From: Stegostoma tigrinum
Lineage: Eukaryota
Direction of reading: 5' to 3'
DNA: 64,000 nucleotides
Assembly (NCBI RefSeq): GCF_030684315.1
Contig: NC_081391.1
Coordinates: 14,113,342-14,177,341 of the forward strand
In this document: one piece after another, positions 36,603 to 48,645 of the stretch
Layout of the letters: every line of letters begins with the position of its first letter
How positions within the stretch are numbered: position 1 is the first letter of the stretch
Position numbers and translations under genes: made by a program
The notes under the pieces: generated by a model
Seen by the model: the letters and a program-made list of their open reading frames with translations, nothing else
The model's database searches: none
Told to the model about the DNA's origin: nothing

Positions 36603-36835
36603 AACACGGTGGAGCTGGATGAACACAGCAGGCCAGGAAGCATCAGAGGATCAGGAAAAGCTGATGATTCAGATAGGGACCCTTCTTCAGTAAAGGAAGA
36701 TTCAGCACATTTCTGAAGAAGCTTCCTGACCCGAAACATCAGCTTTCCTGCTCCTCTGATGCTGCCTGGCCTGCTGTGTGCATCCAGTTCCACATTGTGT
36801 TATCTCTGACTCCAGCAACAGCAGTTCTTACTATC
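36603..36835. mobile_element. Penelope-like inverted-repeat remnant (about 190-bp hairpin)
   Basis: Left arm tggagctggatgaacacagcaggccagg...cttcttcag is complementary to right arm ctgaagaag...cctggcctgctgtgtgcatccagttcca. Confidence 0.6.
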
Positions 36836-37781
36836 CGTGAGGAAGTTCAGCGCTGGTCATCCTCGAAGTGATTAAAAACTGAACACGGAGATAAAAGTGC
36901 TGAACGTGCAGTATAATTCTCACAGCTATCTCCTGGTCCATTTACGTATAGAGCCTGAGGCCTGTTGTGTGTCTGAGACACTCAGCACCTTTCGCATTTT
37001 GATTTTTCAATCTGGCCTACTCAGATCCACAGTCGACGAGATCTCGGCAGATTCAGAATGGATCCACGATGTACATCAGTTGTCTGTACTAAATGGTCCG
37101 AAAGCACATGGATTCTGTTGCTGTAGCTCAATAGGAAAATGTTTACTGTTGACAAAATCTGGCCATTTCTCACTGGGCTCCAACACTGTTGTTCAAAAGG
37201 TACAAAGACTAATCCCTCAGAGTAACAAACTGACAGAATTCAGCAAATCTGTGATGAGTGTTTATTAAGAAATAGCCTCAGATACAAAAGTGAAGTTTTA
37301 GAGTGTATTTTATTCTCATTTTCAGGGAGATGTACTTCCAGAATTTGCACTTGTGCAGGAGGTCAATCAGCAATTCCATCATCGACCAGTTGTCAATTCT
37401 GTGCTTCCTCAGACCCAAGTCCAAACAGATCACAGTAGATACAGAATGAATCCACAAAGTAGATTGTTTTTCTGTATTAAATGGTCCAAAAGCATATGGG
37501 CTCCGTTGATGCACAGCAATGGGAAAATTTTACTGTTAACAAAACCTAGTCATTTTTCAATCGGCTACAAATCAATGATTCAAAACCGACAGAATTCAGC
37601 AAATCTGTGATGAGCGTGTCTTAACACATAACCTCAGATACAAAGGTAAAGGTTCAGAGTCTATTTTATTCTCATTTTCAGGGAGATGTACTTCCAGAAT
37701 TTGTACTTATGCTGGAGGTCAAAGGTCATTCCGCAATTCCATCATCGACCAGTTGTCAATTCTGATCATTTTCTGGATCCA

Positions 37782-37902
37782 ATTCCCATCCTGCACTGAT
37801 TGGACGTGGCAGCTGATCAACTGATTAACAAGAGTGATTGGCCATCACTGATGATGTCATTTCCTGCTTCATAAAATGATGGTCTGCATTGGGGTATAAA
37901 TA
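37782..37902 (+). promoter_or_regulatory. Core promoter, copy 5
   Basis: Conserved block; TATAAA at 37895-37900. Confidence 0.75.
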
Positions 37903-37989
37903 ATGTCCTAAGAGAGTGATGTTTTAGGTGTAGTTGGTTTTCTTTCCAAGTTTGTTGTGCTGGGTTAGGAAAGCTGTTTGTGTCACAAG

Positions 37990-40900
37990 ATGGCCTCCCA
38001 AATCAGTCAGAACTATCACCAGGATTGTGAAGCTGTTGTCAACAAGCAGATTAATGTGGAGCTCACTGCCTCCTATCTCTATCAGTCTTTGGTGAGTGCT
38101 GTCCCTGTGGTGTTGAAGTTAAATCTGTTATGGTTAAGTCAACAGTTTTTCTTGTTTGTAACTAACTTGGAACTACTGTAGATAGTGTTTTATATTTCCC
38201 TTCTATTTAAACACCAGGAGAAATCTAATGCTATTAGAAAAATGCGGTATGACACTGATATACAGTAACTAGGCCCCTGTTGACTTTCAGTGACTGTCTG
38301 GTGGGTGAAGTGCTTTGAGAAATACATCTTGTAATTCACTGTCAGGATTGTGACTGGCAGTAACTGTCACTATCTCTGAAGATTATCATAACTTGACAGT
38401 ATGTTAGAAAGAAGATAACGGAGTGTGGGGCTGGATGACCACAGCAGGACAAGCAGCATCTCAGGAGCATAAAAGCTGATGTTTTGTGCCTGGACCCTTC
38501 ATGCTGCTTGGCCTGCTGTGTTCATCCTGCCTGATGCTTTGTTTTCTTGGATTCTCCAGCTTTTGCTGTTCCCATTATTTGAGTCTTTTAGAAAGAAGCT
38601 GGGATAACCATTAGTTCATTAGCCTCCTGTTGTAATGTGTCCTGGTGTATCTGTTTTGTCTTGTGATGCATGTGAACAAACCAGGGTTATATTTCCTGTT
38701 GGAGAAAGGTGTCATAGTGACTGTCCAGAATAACCAAATCTGATTTGCCTCAGCCTTCAGGGTTGGGCTGTGACTCCCTACCTGTTTAAATAGGTTTCCA
38801 GTGAGGCCTGTTGGGCTTTTTGCTCTCCATGAGGTGGGTGTGACCCATTCTCTCTCAACCTACAGACAATTGATCTGCTGTAGTGTGATATATTGGAGAC
38901 TCCTGGGTCTGCAGGAATGTGTTGAGCCAGTGAAGCAAGGCTTTTCCCATACCACCTCTCCTGGTCTGAAACAAGCCCCCTTTCACCAGCTGGTGGTGTG
39001 CCTGTGCCCTTCCAAGGGGGAGAATATGTTTGGAAGGTGAGAGCTGCAGCGGACCTAGTAGATAATGGACCCTGAAAGGAGGTGGTGAATGCAGTCCCCA
39101 TGAAGTGGGTTGCTCTGTCCTGGATGGTGTCTGCTTCTTGCATGTTGTAGCTCCACTTCTCCAGACACATGGAGAATATTCATCACTCACTGGGCTTGTG
39201 CCTGTTGGAAGGAAGTCGTTTCCAATGACATGAGGATCAAGTCCCTGTAAGCCCACTTTGTGAGATGGGAACAGCTTTTCCTGCTGAACTAGGTGGGTTT
39301 TAATCACTGGCCAGTGTGCCTACTCAACAAGAATTGTGCTCATATAAAATCCTCACTGTTCTTCACATGTCACATCATGTAACAACCCAGTTAAATCACA
39401 CTGTAATCCACCAAGGCAAATCGTCAAGAGCAACTTCTCACCAGGTTTCTTCCCTCAGAACAATCCTCATCTGCTTTATGAAGCAGCCTAAAGTGTTCAC
39501 TGTTATTCCAGCTTGTTGTTCAAGTGTGAATGTCAGATTAGAATGAGTGCAAGGGGTGGGTCAGGTCTAGAATTTGACCTGTACAAATGGGTCAAATCAG
39601 GTTTTCCAGCTTCATGTTAACGAGTGACATGATCTGCAGAACAATAGTTCATCTCAAGGTCTCTCTGACCTTGCTTCAGTTTGTTTTAAGCAGTGATGTT
39701 TGTATGCAAGCTTCTGAATGTGAGTGTGCTACATAAATGGGTGTAGTAGCCTATTGCAGTAACAACCGAATGGCTGTCACTGGGCAGGATTTCCTTTGCA
39801 GAATCTTGGTTCCACTTTTGCTCTTTCTCCCCCCATAATGCCAACAGCATCTCTTGCAGAGCTATCATCCAATCCGATTGATCTCCAGGTTGTAGAAGAC
39901 TCGCTCCCTCCTGGCTATATTATTACAGCAGTGCCTAGTGTCTGTATGTTACTTTAGCCCCAAAGGAGAAATGTAGTGTCGTGCAGCTACCCCACCCTGA
40001 GTCCATCCTGCACATCAACTCCTGGCCATTCCTCCAATTCTGTGACATCCATCAGTGGAAACATGAATTCAGCTTTTCTCAGCATACGCTGTGCCAGACC
40101 ACCCCCCACCCTGAACAATTTGATAGTGCTTTCAAACCCAAACAGGGTATCTGCAGGAAGCTGGGTTTGTCTAGATTGACCCAGTTAACAGATCTGCCGG
40201 CAAATTGAACCACACTAGGTTCACAGGCCAATTTTGTGTAGCCGCACTTTGACAGCTGGCCGAACCTTCAGTTTGCTTTTGAAGGATAAACCAGGTCTGC
40301 AGTTCTGAACTATATTCAGGCCCAGTGGTACATTTTAATGGGCTTTAACTTGTTCCCTCTCCCTTCCAGATGTCCTACTTTGACCGGGATGATGTTGCCC
40401 TCCCTCGTTTCTCCCGGTTCTTCAAAGATCAGTCCCAGCAGAAGCGGGAACATGCAGAGAAGCTGCTGAAATTCCAGAATCAGCGTGGAGGCAGAGTCCT
40501 CCTCCAGGATGTGAAGGTTGGAGTTGGGAAGAGATGGTTGGGTAGGGTGAGGTTTCAAGTCAATGACCAGCATGTCTCACACTGAAAAGTGAGACATGCT
40601 ACCATTTTGGCTTCCCAGTTTCTCCTGAAATACCAGAAATCCCACAAACAAGCCCTTTGGCCCACCATGTCTATGCTGACCCAACAAACACCCAACCACA
40701 TTAATCCCATCAACCTGCACTTGGACTGCAGCCCACGATGAGCTGGCATTAAGTAGTTGTCCAGATGTTGCTGGAGTAGATGCCTTCACTCGGGTGTTGC
40801 ATTTCACAAACCTACTTCTGTGTTTTAGGAGGAGTTGGAGGTGGTGGGTTTCCTCCGACCTGGAGCCTCACCTGCACCCCCCTCCAGTGTTTATCCTGTC

Positions 40901-42400
40901 CCTGTGATTGTGGTTCTGGTCACCACACTGGCCAGGTCAAAGATGGAAGACAATGCTGCCTAGTTTCTGACCAGACTTGGGCCACCCAATAGGGACAGGC
41001 ATCATGTAGGCCAACTTCACCCTCTGGTTGACCTTTGCTGATCCTTGAGAGGCCAAAGGTCTTGGGCACTTTGGTATCTCTGCTCCTTGCCATTAAAAAC
41101 CCTGCTGTCCCTTGAATGAATCCAACAGTGATGTTTCTGATCCTGCTGCTCAGACAGATATGAAACAAATGGCACAGGTGGGACTTCAACCTGGGCCCTT
41201 GTGTACCAGACACAGGGACAGTACCACAGCACCAAGAGCCCTTGGGATTAGGCTGTGCATGTCCTGATCTAAACTCCAGCAGATGGACACTGGTGTAATC
41301 CACACCAGGGTGTGAATTAAATCCTTATCCCCATGATGACATGGTCCTGGACTTCCTCATTCAGATCAAGGATAAATGGGGCAAGGTGAAAGCAGTTCCC
41401 AAGTAACTTTGATCTTCATGTGGACCTCAGGGATGGCACAGTGGCTCAGTGATCAGCACTGCTGCCTCAGTGCCAGGGACCCAGGTTTGGTTCTGGCCTT
41501 GGGTGAATGATTAGAATTCACATTTCTCCCTGCATGGGTTTCCTCCCACAGTCCAATGATGTGCTGGTTAGGAGGATAGGTCATGGGAAGTGAGGGGTTG
41601 CAGAATTGGGTGGGAGTCTTTTCAGGGGGTATTGATGGTCTGAATGGCCTGCTCCCATGCTGCAGGGATTCTGTTTCTGAAGATTAACTGTACTTCTTTC
41701 TATCCTCAGAAGCCAGAGAGAGATGAGTGGGGTAACAGCCTGCAGGCAATGCAGGTTGCCCTGGATCTGGAGAAGAATGTGAACCAGAGTTTGCTGGATC
41801 TACACCAACTCGCCACAGCCCAGACTGACCCTCATGTAAGCTTCACCTCCTCCTCATTCTCATCACTGCTGGACCCTCAGGGCAACACTTCATTGGTTGG
41901 TCTTTGTGGTTTGGAAATTCACTGCTGAAACAGTTTTTGTCTGGATATGACATTGCTATCACTGTATTCACTCCAGGTACAATGTCACAACTGCTCAGCA
42001 ATGAGTGACATGGGGAATTTGGGTTATAATCTAGTGGGAGTGCTGAAGTGATATTGGCCACTGAATTCCCATTCGGGGCCACTCGAGTTGAAATACTAGT
42101 GTCCTCACTGGCACAAATTCTCCAGCTATCGGCTGCACTTTGAGGACTGTCTGGAGTTAGTTATGGCTGAGTCTCTTGCAGTGGGAATTCTGAAATTGTC
42201 CTGTGCCATGTTAATGCACAAGTTGTCATGGTCCTCTGTTGCAGCTGTGTGACTTCCTGGAGACCCACTATTTGGATGAGGAGGTGGAGATCATCAAGCA
42301 ACTTGGGGACTACATCACCAACCTGAAGCGCCTGGGAGCCCCTGAGAATGGGATGGGAGAGTACCTGTTTGACAGGCTCTCCCTGGAGGACAGCAGTTAG
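37990..42400 (+). CDS. Ferritin subunit, copy 5; exons 37990-38091, 40370-40516, 41710-41835, 42245-42400
   Basis: Open spliced frame of 176 aa with GT-AG introns; additional E61Q; AATAAA at 42528-42533. Confidence 0.92.
38410..38580. mobile_element. Penelope-like hairpin remnant, intron 1 of copy 5
   Basis: ctggatgaccacagcaggacaagcagcat / atgctgcttggcctgctgtgttcatcc inverted pair. Confidence 0.5.
41430..41670 (+). mobile_element. HE1-like SINE, intron 2 of copy 5
   Basis: ggatggcacagtggctcagtgatcagcactgctgcctcagtgccagggacccaggtt head. Confidence 0.78.
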
Positions 42401-42527
42401 TGTGGCCTGGAGTACTGTCTGCTTGGTCTGAATGCATTCCCCACTTCACCCTGGACAACCTGTCTCCTTCCAGGGAGAAGGGACTTGGAGCAAAGAATGT
42501 AATGGCTGTACCAGCTGAATGAAAATG

Positions 42528-42533
42528 AATAAA
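42528..42533 (+). terminator. Polyadenylation signal, copy 5
   Basis: AATAAA at the conserved position. Confidence 0.8.
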
Positions 42534-44006
42534 ATCATGTGTTGATCTTGCTTATTGCCCATCATTCAGAGCCCTGTATAATTTTGGTAGTTATCCTGAG
42601 AGATTCAAGCATTAATTTTTCTGCAGTTTGATTTTGCTGATCAAATTACTAATTGGGCTAAACATCTCATTGGTTCTATCCTCCATCCCACTCCGTCCTC
42701 TGTCAGACAGGGATTACAAGAGGAGGTTGCTCTGGCCTGTGAATCAATGATATTCCTCCAAGCAGAACTTGAGGATATTGGGGTTTTGTCGGGTGGAACT
42801 TGCTCTTTGCAGTTGTGTTTTTATAAAATTACGTTTCTGGATGTGATGCATACAATGGGAGGGGGGGAAAATCTTCCCTTTTACGGGAAGGGAGTTCTCC
42901 TGCTCTATACAAGGGAAGACGAGACACCCAGTCTCATGAATATCTGACAACCCTGTTTCCACGTTCACCTAGTCTGTCAAAGAGCTTTGCTTTTTCCCCC
43001 CTCCCCCACATGCAAAGATTTATTGCTGATGTGAAAGGAAAATGCCAATTTGAAGACAAAGCTAAGTGAGCTGGTACTGCAATAGTTGCTGTTACTGTAG
43101 GCCTAACCATGGAGGTGGTGGGATGAGCTCATTGGGCAACAATGCCATCTTTCTTGGGCAGGGGAGAATACAATGACAGTAAATTGTCCTGGCGCTGTTA
43201 GGATTCACCTATAGATGCAGCTTCAGGCAGAGCTAAGGGTCAAACCAGCCCTGGGACATGCACTATTGGTTGTGGGTTTTCCCTTTTTTTTTTTCCTTCC
43301 ACACTCACCCACTAGAGCCTCCCTGATCCTGCCATTAGCAATTGGGCAGGTTCGCCAGCTCATGCCTCCTTCGTCTGAGATAAATATGCTGGTCCTACTG
43401 GTCGCTTTGATTCAGTACCCACTGGAATCAGGGAGTCAATTCCCCCATCGGGCCATGTTTCCCAGAAGCAACCCAAAGTTGTCCTGATGTGGCTTATTCA
43501 TTCCTGTTTTCTTTGCCTGTTTATAGGATTCACTCCAACAACCAGCCACTTCAGAATCAGCACATTGTCTCATTGCCACCTACACCAGGAGAGGAGTGGC
43601 CTGGGAGTAACTCAGCAACGCTCATCGTTACATGCTGCTGTTTGATTGGCTCTTGCTGCGAAAGCCAGCACTAAGTGCACTCAGCTGCTCCCTACGTTCC
43701 TCTGAGCTTCCCCCTGTTCTGCAGGTTGCCTTCTCCCAGTGATGGAGAACGAGCAGCGATTTTCTGTTCAACTTGGGAATGGTGTGACTTAGGGGAGGTA
43801 ACCTGGACCTGCATACCATCCTGTACGGCTGTTTACTTCAGCATTTGAGCTGTCAGTGACGTTCTGGGGATTACCACTGCGTTTTGCAGCTCCTGTGCAA
43901 TACAGCCTATGTAGGGGGCATGGTTCTTATGTGACTCAACATATCTGTTACATGACAGAAATCCTTTTTATTTTGACCAATCTTCATTCTTGGCGATGGT
44001 GTCCCT

Positions 44007-46489
44007 CGTAGACCATAAGACATAGGAGTGGAAGTAAGGCCGTACAGCCCATCAAGACCACTTCCCCATTTAAATCATTGCTGATGGGCATTTCAACTCC
44101 ACTTCCCTGCACTCTTCCCCCTAGCCCATGATTCCTTATGAGATCAAGAATTTGTCGATCTCTGCCTTGAACGCATCCAACGTCCCGGCCTCCGCTGCAC
44201 TCTGTGGCAATGAATTCCACAAGCGAACCACTCTCTGGCTGAAGAAATGTCATCTCATTTCGGTTTTAAATTGACCCCCTCTAATTTTAAGGCTGTGCCC
44301 ACGGGTCGTAGTCTCCCCGCCTCACGGAAACAACTTCCGAGCGACCACTTGTAAACCATACATTATCTTATAAGTTTCTATTAGATTTCCCCCTCAAACT
44401 TCTAAACTCAAATGAGTACAGGATCCTTAGCCGTCCATCATACATTAAACTTAATATTCCTAGGGATCATCTGTCTGAATCTCCACTGGACACGCTCCAG
44501 GGCTAGTATGTCCTTCCTGAGGTGTGGGGCCCAAAATTGGACACAGTACTCTAAATGGGGCCTAACTAGAGCTTTATAAAGCCTCAGAAGCCCTTCACTG
44601 TTTTTATATTCCAACCCTCGAGAGAAATGACAACATTACATTCACTTTGTTAATTACGGACTCTACCTGCAAGTTAACCTTCAGAGAATCCAGCACCAAC
44701 ACTCCCCGATCCCTTTGTACTTCTGCTTTGCGAATTTTCTCACCATTTAGAAAATAGTCCATGCCTGTATTCTTTTTATTCTAAAGTGCAAAACCTCACC
44801 TTTACTCACATTGAATTTCATCAGCCACTTCCTGGACCGCTCTCAAACTGTCGAAATCTTTCTGCAGCTTCCCCACCTCCTCAGACTACCTGCTATTCCA
44901 CCTATCTTCGTATCATCGGCAAACTTCGCCAGAATGCCCCCAGTCCCTTCATCCAGATCATTAATATACAAGGTGAACAGTTGCGGCCCCAACACTCAAC
45001 CCTGCGGGACACCACTCGTCACCGGTGGCCGTTCCGAAAAAGAGCCTTTTATCCCAACTCTCTGCCTTCTGTCAGACAGCCAACCATCAATCCAAGCCAG
45101 TAGCTCACCTCGAACACCATGGGCCCTCACCTTGCTCAGCAGCCTCCCGTGAGGCACTGTATCAAAGGCCTTTTCGAAGTCTACACAGATAACATCTACT
45201 GGGTTTCCCTGGTCTAACATACTTGTTACCTCTTCAAAGAATTCTAACAGGTTTGTCAGGCACGACCTCTCCTTACTAAATCCATGCTGACTTGTCCTAA
45301 TCTGACCTTGCACTTCCAGGAATTTAGAAATCTCATCGTTGACAATGGATTCTAGAATTTTACCAACTACCGAGGTTAGGCTAATCGGCCGAAAATTTTC
45401 CATCTTTTGCCTTGATCCTTTCTCAAACAAGCGGGTCACAACAGCAATTTTCCAATCACCTTGGACTTTCCCCTGACTCCAGTGCCTTTTGAAAGATCAC
45501 GACCAAAGTCTCCACTATTTCCTCAGCCACCTCCCTCAGAACTCTAGGATGTAGCCCATCGGGGCCAGGAGATTTATCAATTTTTAGACCTTTTAGCTTT
45601 TCTAGCACTTTCTCTTTTGTAATGCCTACCATACTCAACTCTGCCCCCTGACTCTCCCTAATTGTTGGCATACTACTCATGTCTTCCACTGTGAAGACTG
45701 ACGCAAAGTACTTATTAAGTTCTTCAGCTATTTCCTTATCTCCCATCACTAGCTTCCAGCATCATTTAGGAGCGGCCCAATGTCTACTTTTGCCTCTCGT
45801 TTGTTTCTTATGTATTGAAAGAAGCTTTTACTATCATTTCTAATATTACTAGCTAGCCTACCTTCATATTTCATCCTCTCCTTCCTTCTTGCTCTCTTTG
45901 TTATCCTCCGTCTGTTTTTGGAGCCTTCCCAATCTCCTGATTTCCCAGTGCTCTTGGCCACTTTATGGGCTGTCTCTTTTTCTTTGATATATTTCCTGAC
46001 TTCCTTTGTCAGCCATGGCTGTCTAATCCCACCCCGGATAATCTTTCTTTTCTTTGGGATGAACCTCTGTACTGTGTCCTCAATTATACCCAGAAACTCC
46101 TGCCATTGTTGCTCTGCTGTCTTCCCCGCTCGGCTCTGCTTCCAGTCGATTTTCGTCAATTCCTCTCTCATGCCCCTGTAATTACCTTTATTTAACTGTT
46201 ACACCATTACATCCGATTTTGCCTTCTCTCTTTCAAACTGCAGACTGAACTCTACCATATTATGATCGCTGCCTTCTAAGTGTTCCCTTACTTTAAGGTC
46301 TTTTACAAAGTCTGGCTCATCACATAACACTAAGTCCATAATAGACTGCTCCCATGTGGGCTCCATCACAAGCTGTTCCAAAAAGCCATCCTGCAGACAC
46401 TCCATGAAGACCCTTTCTTTGGGTCCACTGGCAACATTATTCACCCAGTCCACCTGCATATTGAAGTCCCCATGATCACCGTGACGTTG
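44007..46489 (-). mobile_element. CR1 LINE of a second family, about 2.5 kb, 5'-truncated within the endonuclease domain
   Basis: Frameshifted ORF2 pieces: DLVLC/SDHN (APE C-terminus), KSPGPDGLHPRVL, RPISLTSVVGK, SGVPQG. The empty paralogous site is at about 54817-54831. Confidence 0.95.
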
Positions 46490-46499
46490 CCTGTTGTCC

Positions 46500-46803
46500 A
46501 GGATGAGGCCATTTGGCCCGTGGAGGATTGAATCTCTTCACCCCATCCTGTTCAGACCCACCCCATTCCCTTAACGCTGTGTTTCCCATGGCTAATCCAG
46601 CTCGCCACTTGTCACTGTCAGCAATTTAGCACTGCCTATCCACTTAACCTGCAAATCGTTGCACTGTGGGAGAAAACAAGAACATGGGAGACATGGGAAG
46701 AATATGCAAGCTCCAGACAGACAGTTCCTGAAGGCTGTAATGGAACACAGGTCTCTGGCGCTGGGAGGTAACCGTGCGAACCACTGAGCTACCATCACAC
46801 CCT
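46500..46803 (-). mobile_element. HE1-like SINE in the intergenic module (paralogues at about 1370-1600, 10040-10290, 18550-18790, 26640-26915, 35510-35790, 54840-55132, 61590-61870)
   Basis: Reverse-complemented head (aaccactgagc...), central tgtgggagaaaac...cacacagac segment and tail; recurs once per unit. Confidence 0.65.
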
Positions 46804-47727
46804 AATGTACCAAACAAAGGAATATGCTGATGCATTCTATGAGAGTCATTGAGTCATACAGCCTGAAAACAGACCCTTCAGCTCAACCTGTCCATGCCGA
46901 CCACGTTTCCGTAACTGAATGAGTCCCACTTGCCCACGTTTGGCCCATATCCCTCGAAACTATTCCCATAAATGTAAATCTCTAAATGTCTCTTCAACGT
47001 TGTAATTGTACCCTCTTCTACCACTTCCTCTGGCAGCTCATTCCATATACACATCAACCTATCAGCGAAAAAGTTGTCCCTCAACAAGTTCTCCTTTTCG
47101 AATCTTTCCCCTCTCCCCTCAAACCGATGCCCTCTAGTTTTGGACTCCCCTACCCTGTCCCAGCATGCCTTTTATATACAGTCAATCTTGAGTGTGCCAA
47201 TGGCAAGGCTACATTTAGTGCTCAGCAACTGTTACACTTCAGGAGGTGGTGATGAGCTGCTTATTACTGTCCACCTGGTGTAGCAGAGCCCGGAATGATG
47301 CTGCTGCCGCTGCTGAGGAGGGGCATCTGGGATGTTCATTCACAAACAGGGATAGTGTTCCAAGTCAGGATGGTGACAGATTTACATGGAGCTGCTTGAG
47401 TGTCGTTGAGGCTGTCTTGAGCCAGAACATTGTAAAGTCATCCATCACACTTCCTAACTTCAGTCTTGTTGATGGTGGACAGGCTTTGGAAAGTCAGGAG
47501 TTGAGTGATTCACAAAAGAATTCCCAGCCTCTTCCCACATTCTGAGCTGTTTGTTCTACAGAGTGCAATGTAAACAGGACCAGAACCTCCCGTTTAGAAA
47601 CACGCTGCAGTTAAGCGCTTGTTGTCCTCGGAGCAGGTAAAAGCTGAACACAGAAATAGAAATATTGAATGTGCGATATATTTCCAGCACCTGATACCTC
47701 AGCAGTTTAGCTGGCAAAATCAGCCCA

Positions 47728-47855
47728 TTTCTGAAGAAGGGTCCCAACCCGAAAAGTCAGCCTTCCTGCTCCTCTGAAGCTGCCCAGCCTGCTGTTGCCC
47801 TCCAGCTCCACGCTGTCTTATCTCTGACTCCAGCGTTGACAGTTCTTACTACCTC
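47728..47855 (+). mobile_element. Penelope-like terminal repeat, single arm
   Basis: ctgaagaagggtcccaacccgaaaagtcagcc...tgactccagc. Confidence 0.55.
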
Positions 47856-48424
47856 TGAGGGAGTTAAGTGCTCGTCATTCTTGAACTGACTAAAAACTGA
47901 ACACTGAGATAAAAATGCTGAACATGGAATATATTTCTAGCGGCTGTCACCTGGGCTTTTTGGGTATAGACCCTGAGGCCTACTCCCGCACAGCACATTT
48001 TCTAATTTGATTTTCAAACTGGACTTACTACGATCCAAAGTCAACGAGATCCTGGCAGATTCTGAATGGATCCACAGCCTGTAGGTACCTGTATTAAATG
48101 GCCCAAAAGCACGTGAATTCTGTTGCTGCACACCAATACGTAAATGTTGACTGTCCACAAAATCTTGCCACTTTTCAATGGGCTCCAACACCGTCGTTCA
48201 AAAGGTACAAAGACAAACCCCTTAGAGGAACAAACTGACAGAATTCAGCAAATCTGTGATGAGCGAGTCTTAACACATAACCTCAGATACAGAAGTTTCA
48301 GAGTATGTTTTTTGCCATTTTCAGGGAGATGTCCTTCCAGAATTTGCACTTGTGCAGGAGGTCAAAGGCCATTCAGCAATTCCATCATCGACCAGTTGTC
48401 AATTCTGATCGGTTTCCGGATCCA

Positions 48425-48546
48425 ATTCCCATCCTGCACTGATTGGACGTGGCAACTGATCAATTGATGAACAAGAGTGATTGGCCATCACTGATGATGT
48501 CATTTCCTGCTCAATAAAATGAGGACATTCAAGTGAGGTATAAATA
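48425..48546 (+). promoter_or_regulatory. Core promoter, copy 6
   Basis: Conserved block; TATAAA at 48539-48544. Confidence 0.72.
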
Positions 48547-48645
48547 GTGTCTCCACGCGACTGATGTTTTTGGTGTAGTTGGTTTTCTTTCTAAGTTTGT
48601 TCTTTGTTTGTGTGGAAAAAGGAAAGCCCCTTTTCTCCTCATAAA

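Larger units (their letters stand above)
33110..38256 (+). repeat. Recent duplication block B (partner 59208-64000)
   Basis: Introns 2-3, the 3' flank, the intergenic region and the next exon 1 are near-identical at offsets of about 26.1 kb falling to about 25.7 kb. Confidence 0.92.
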
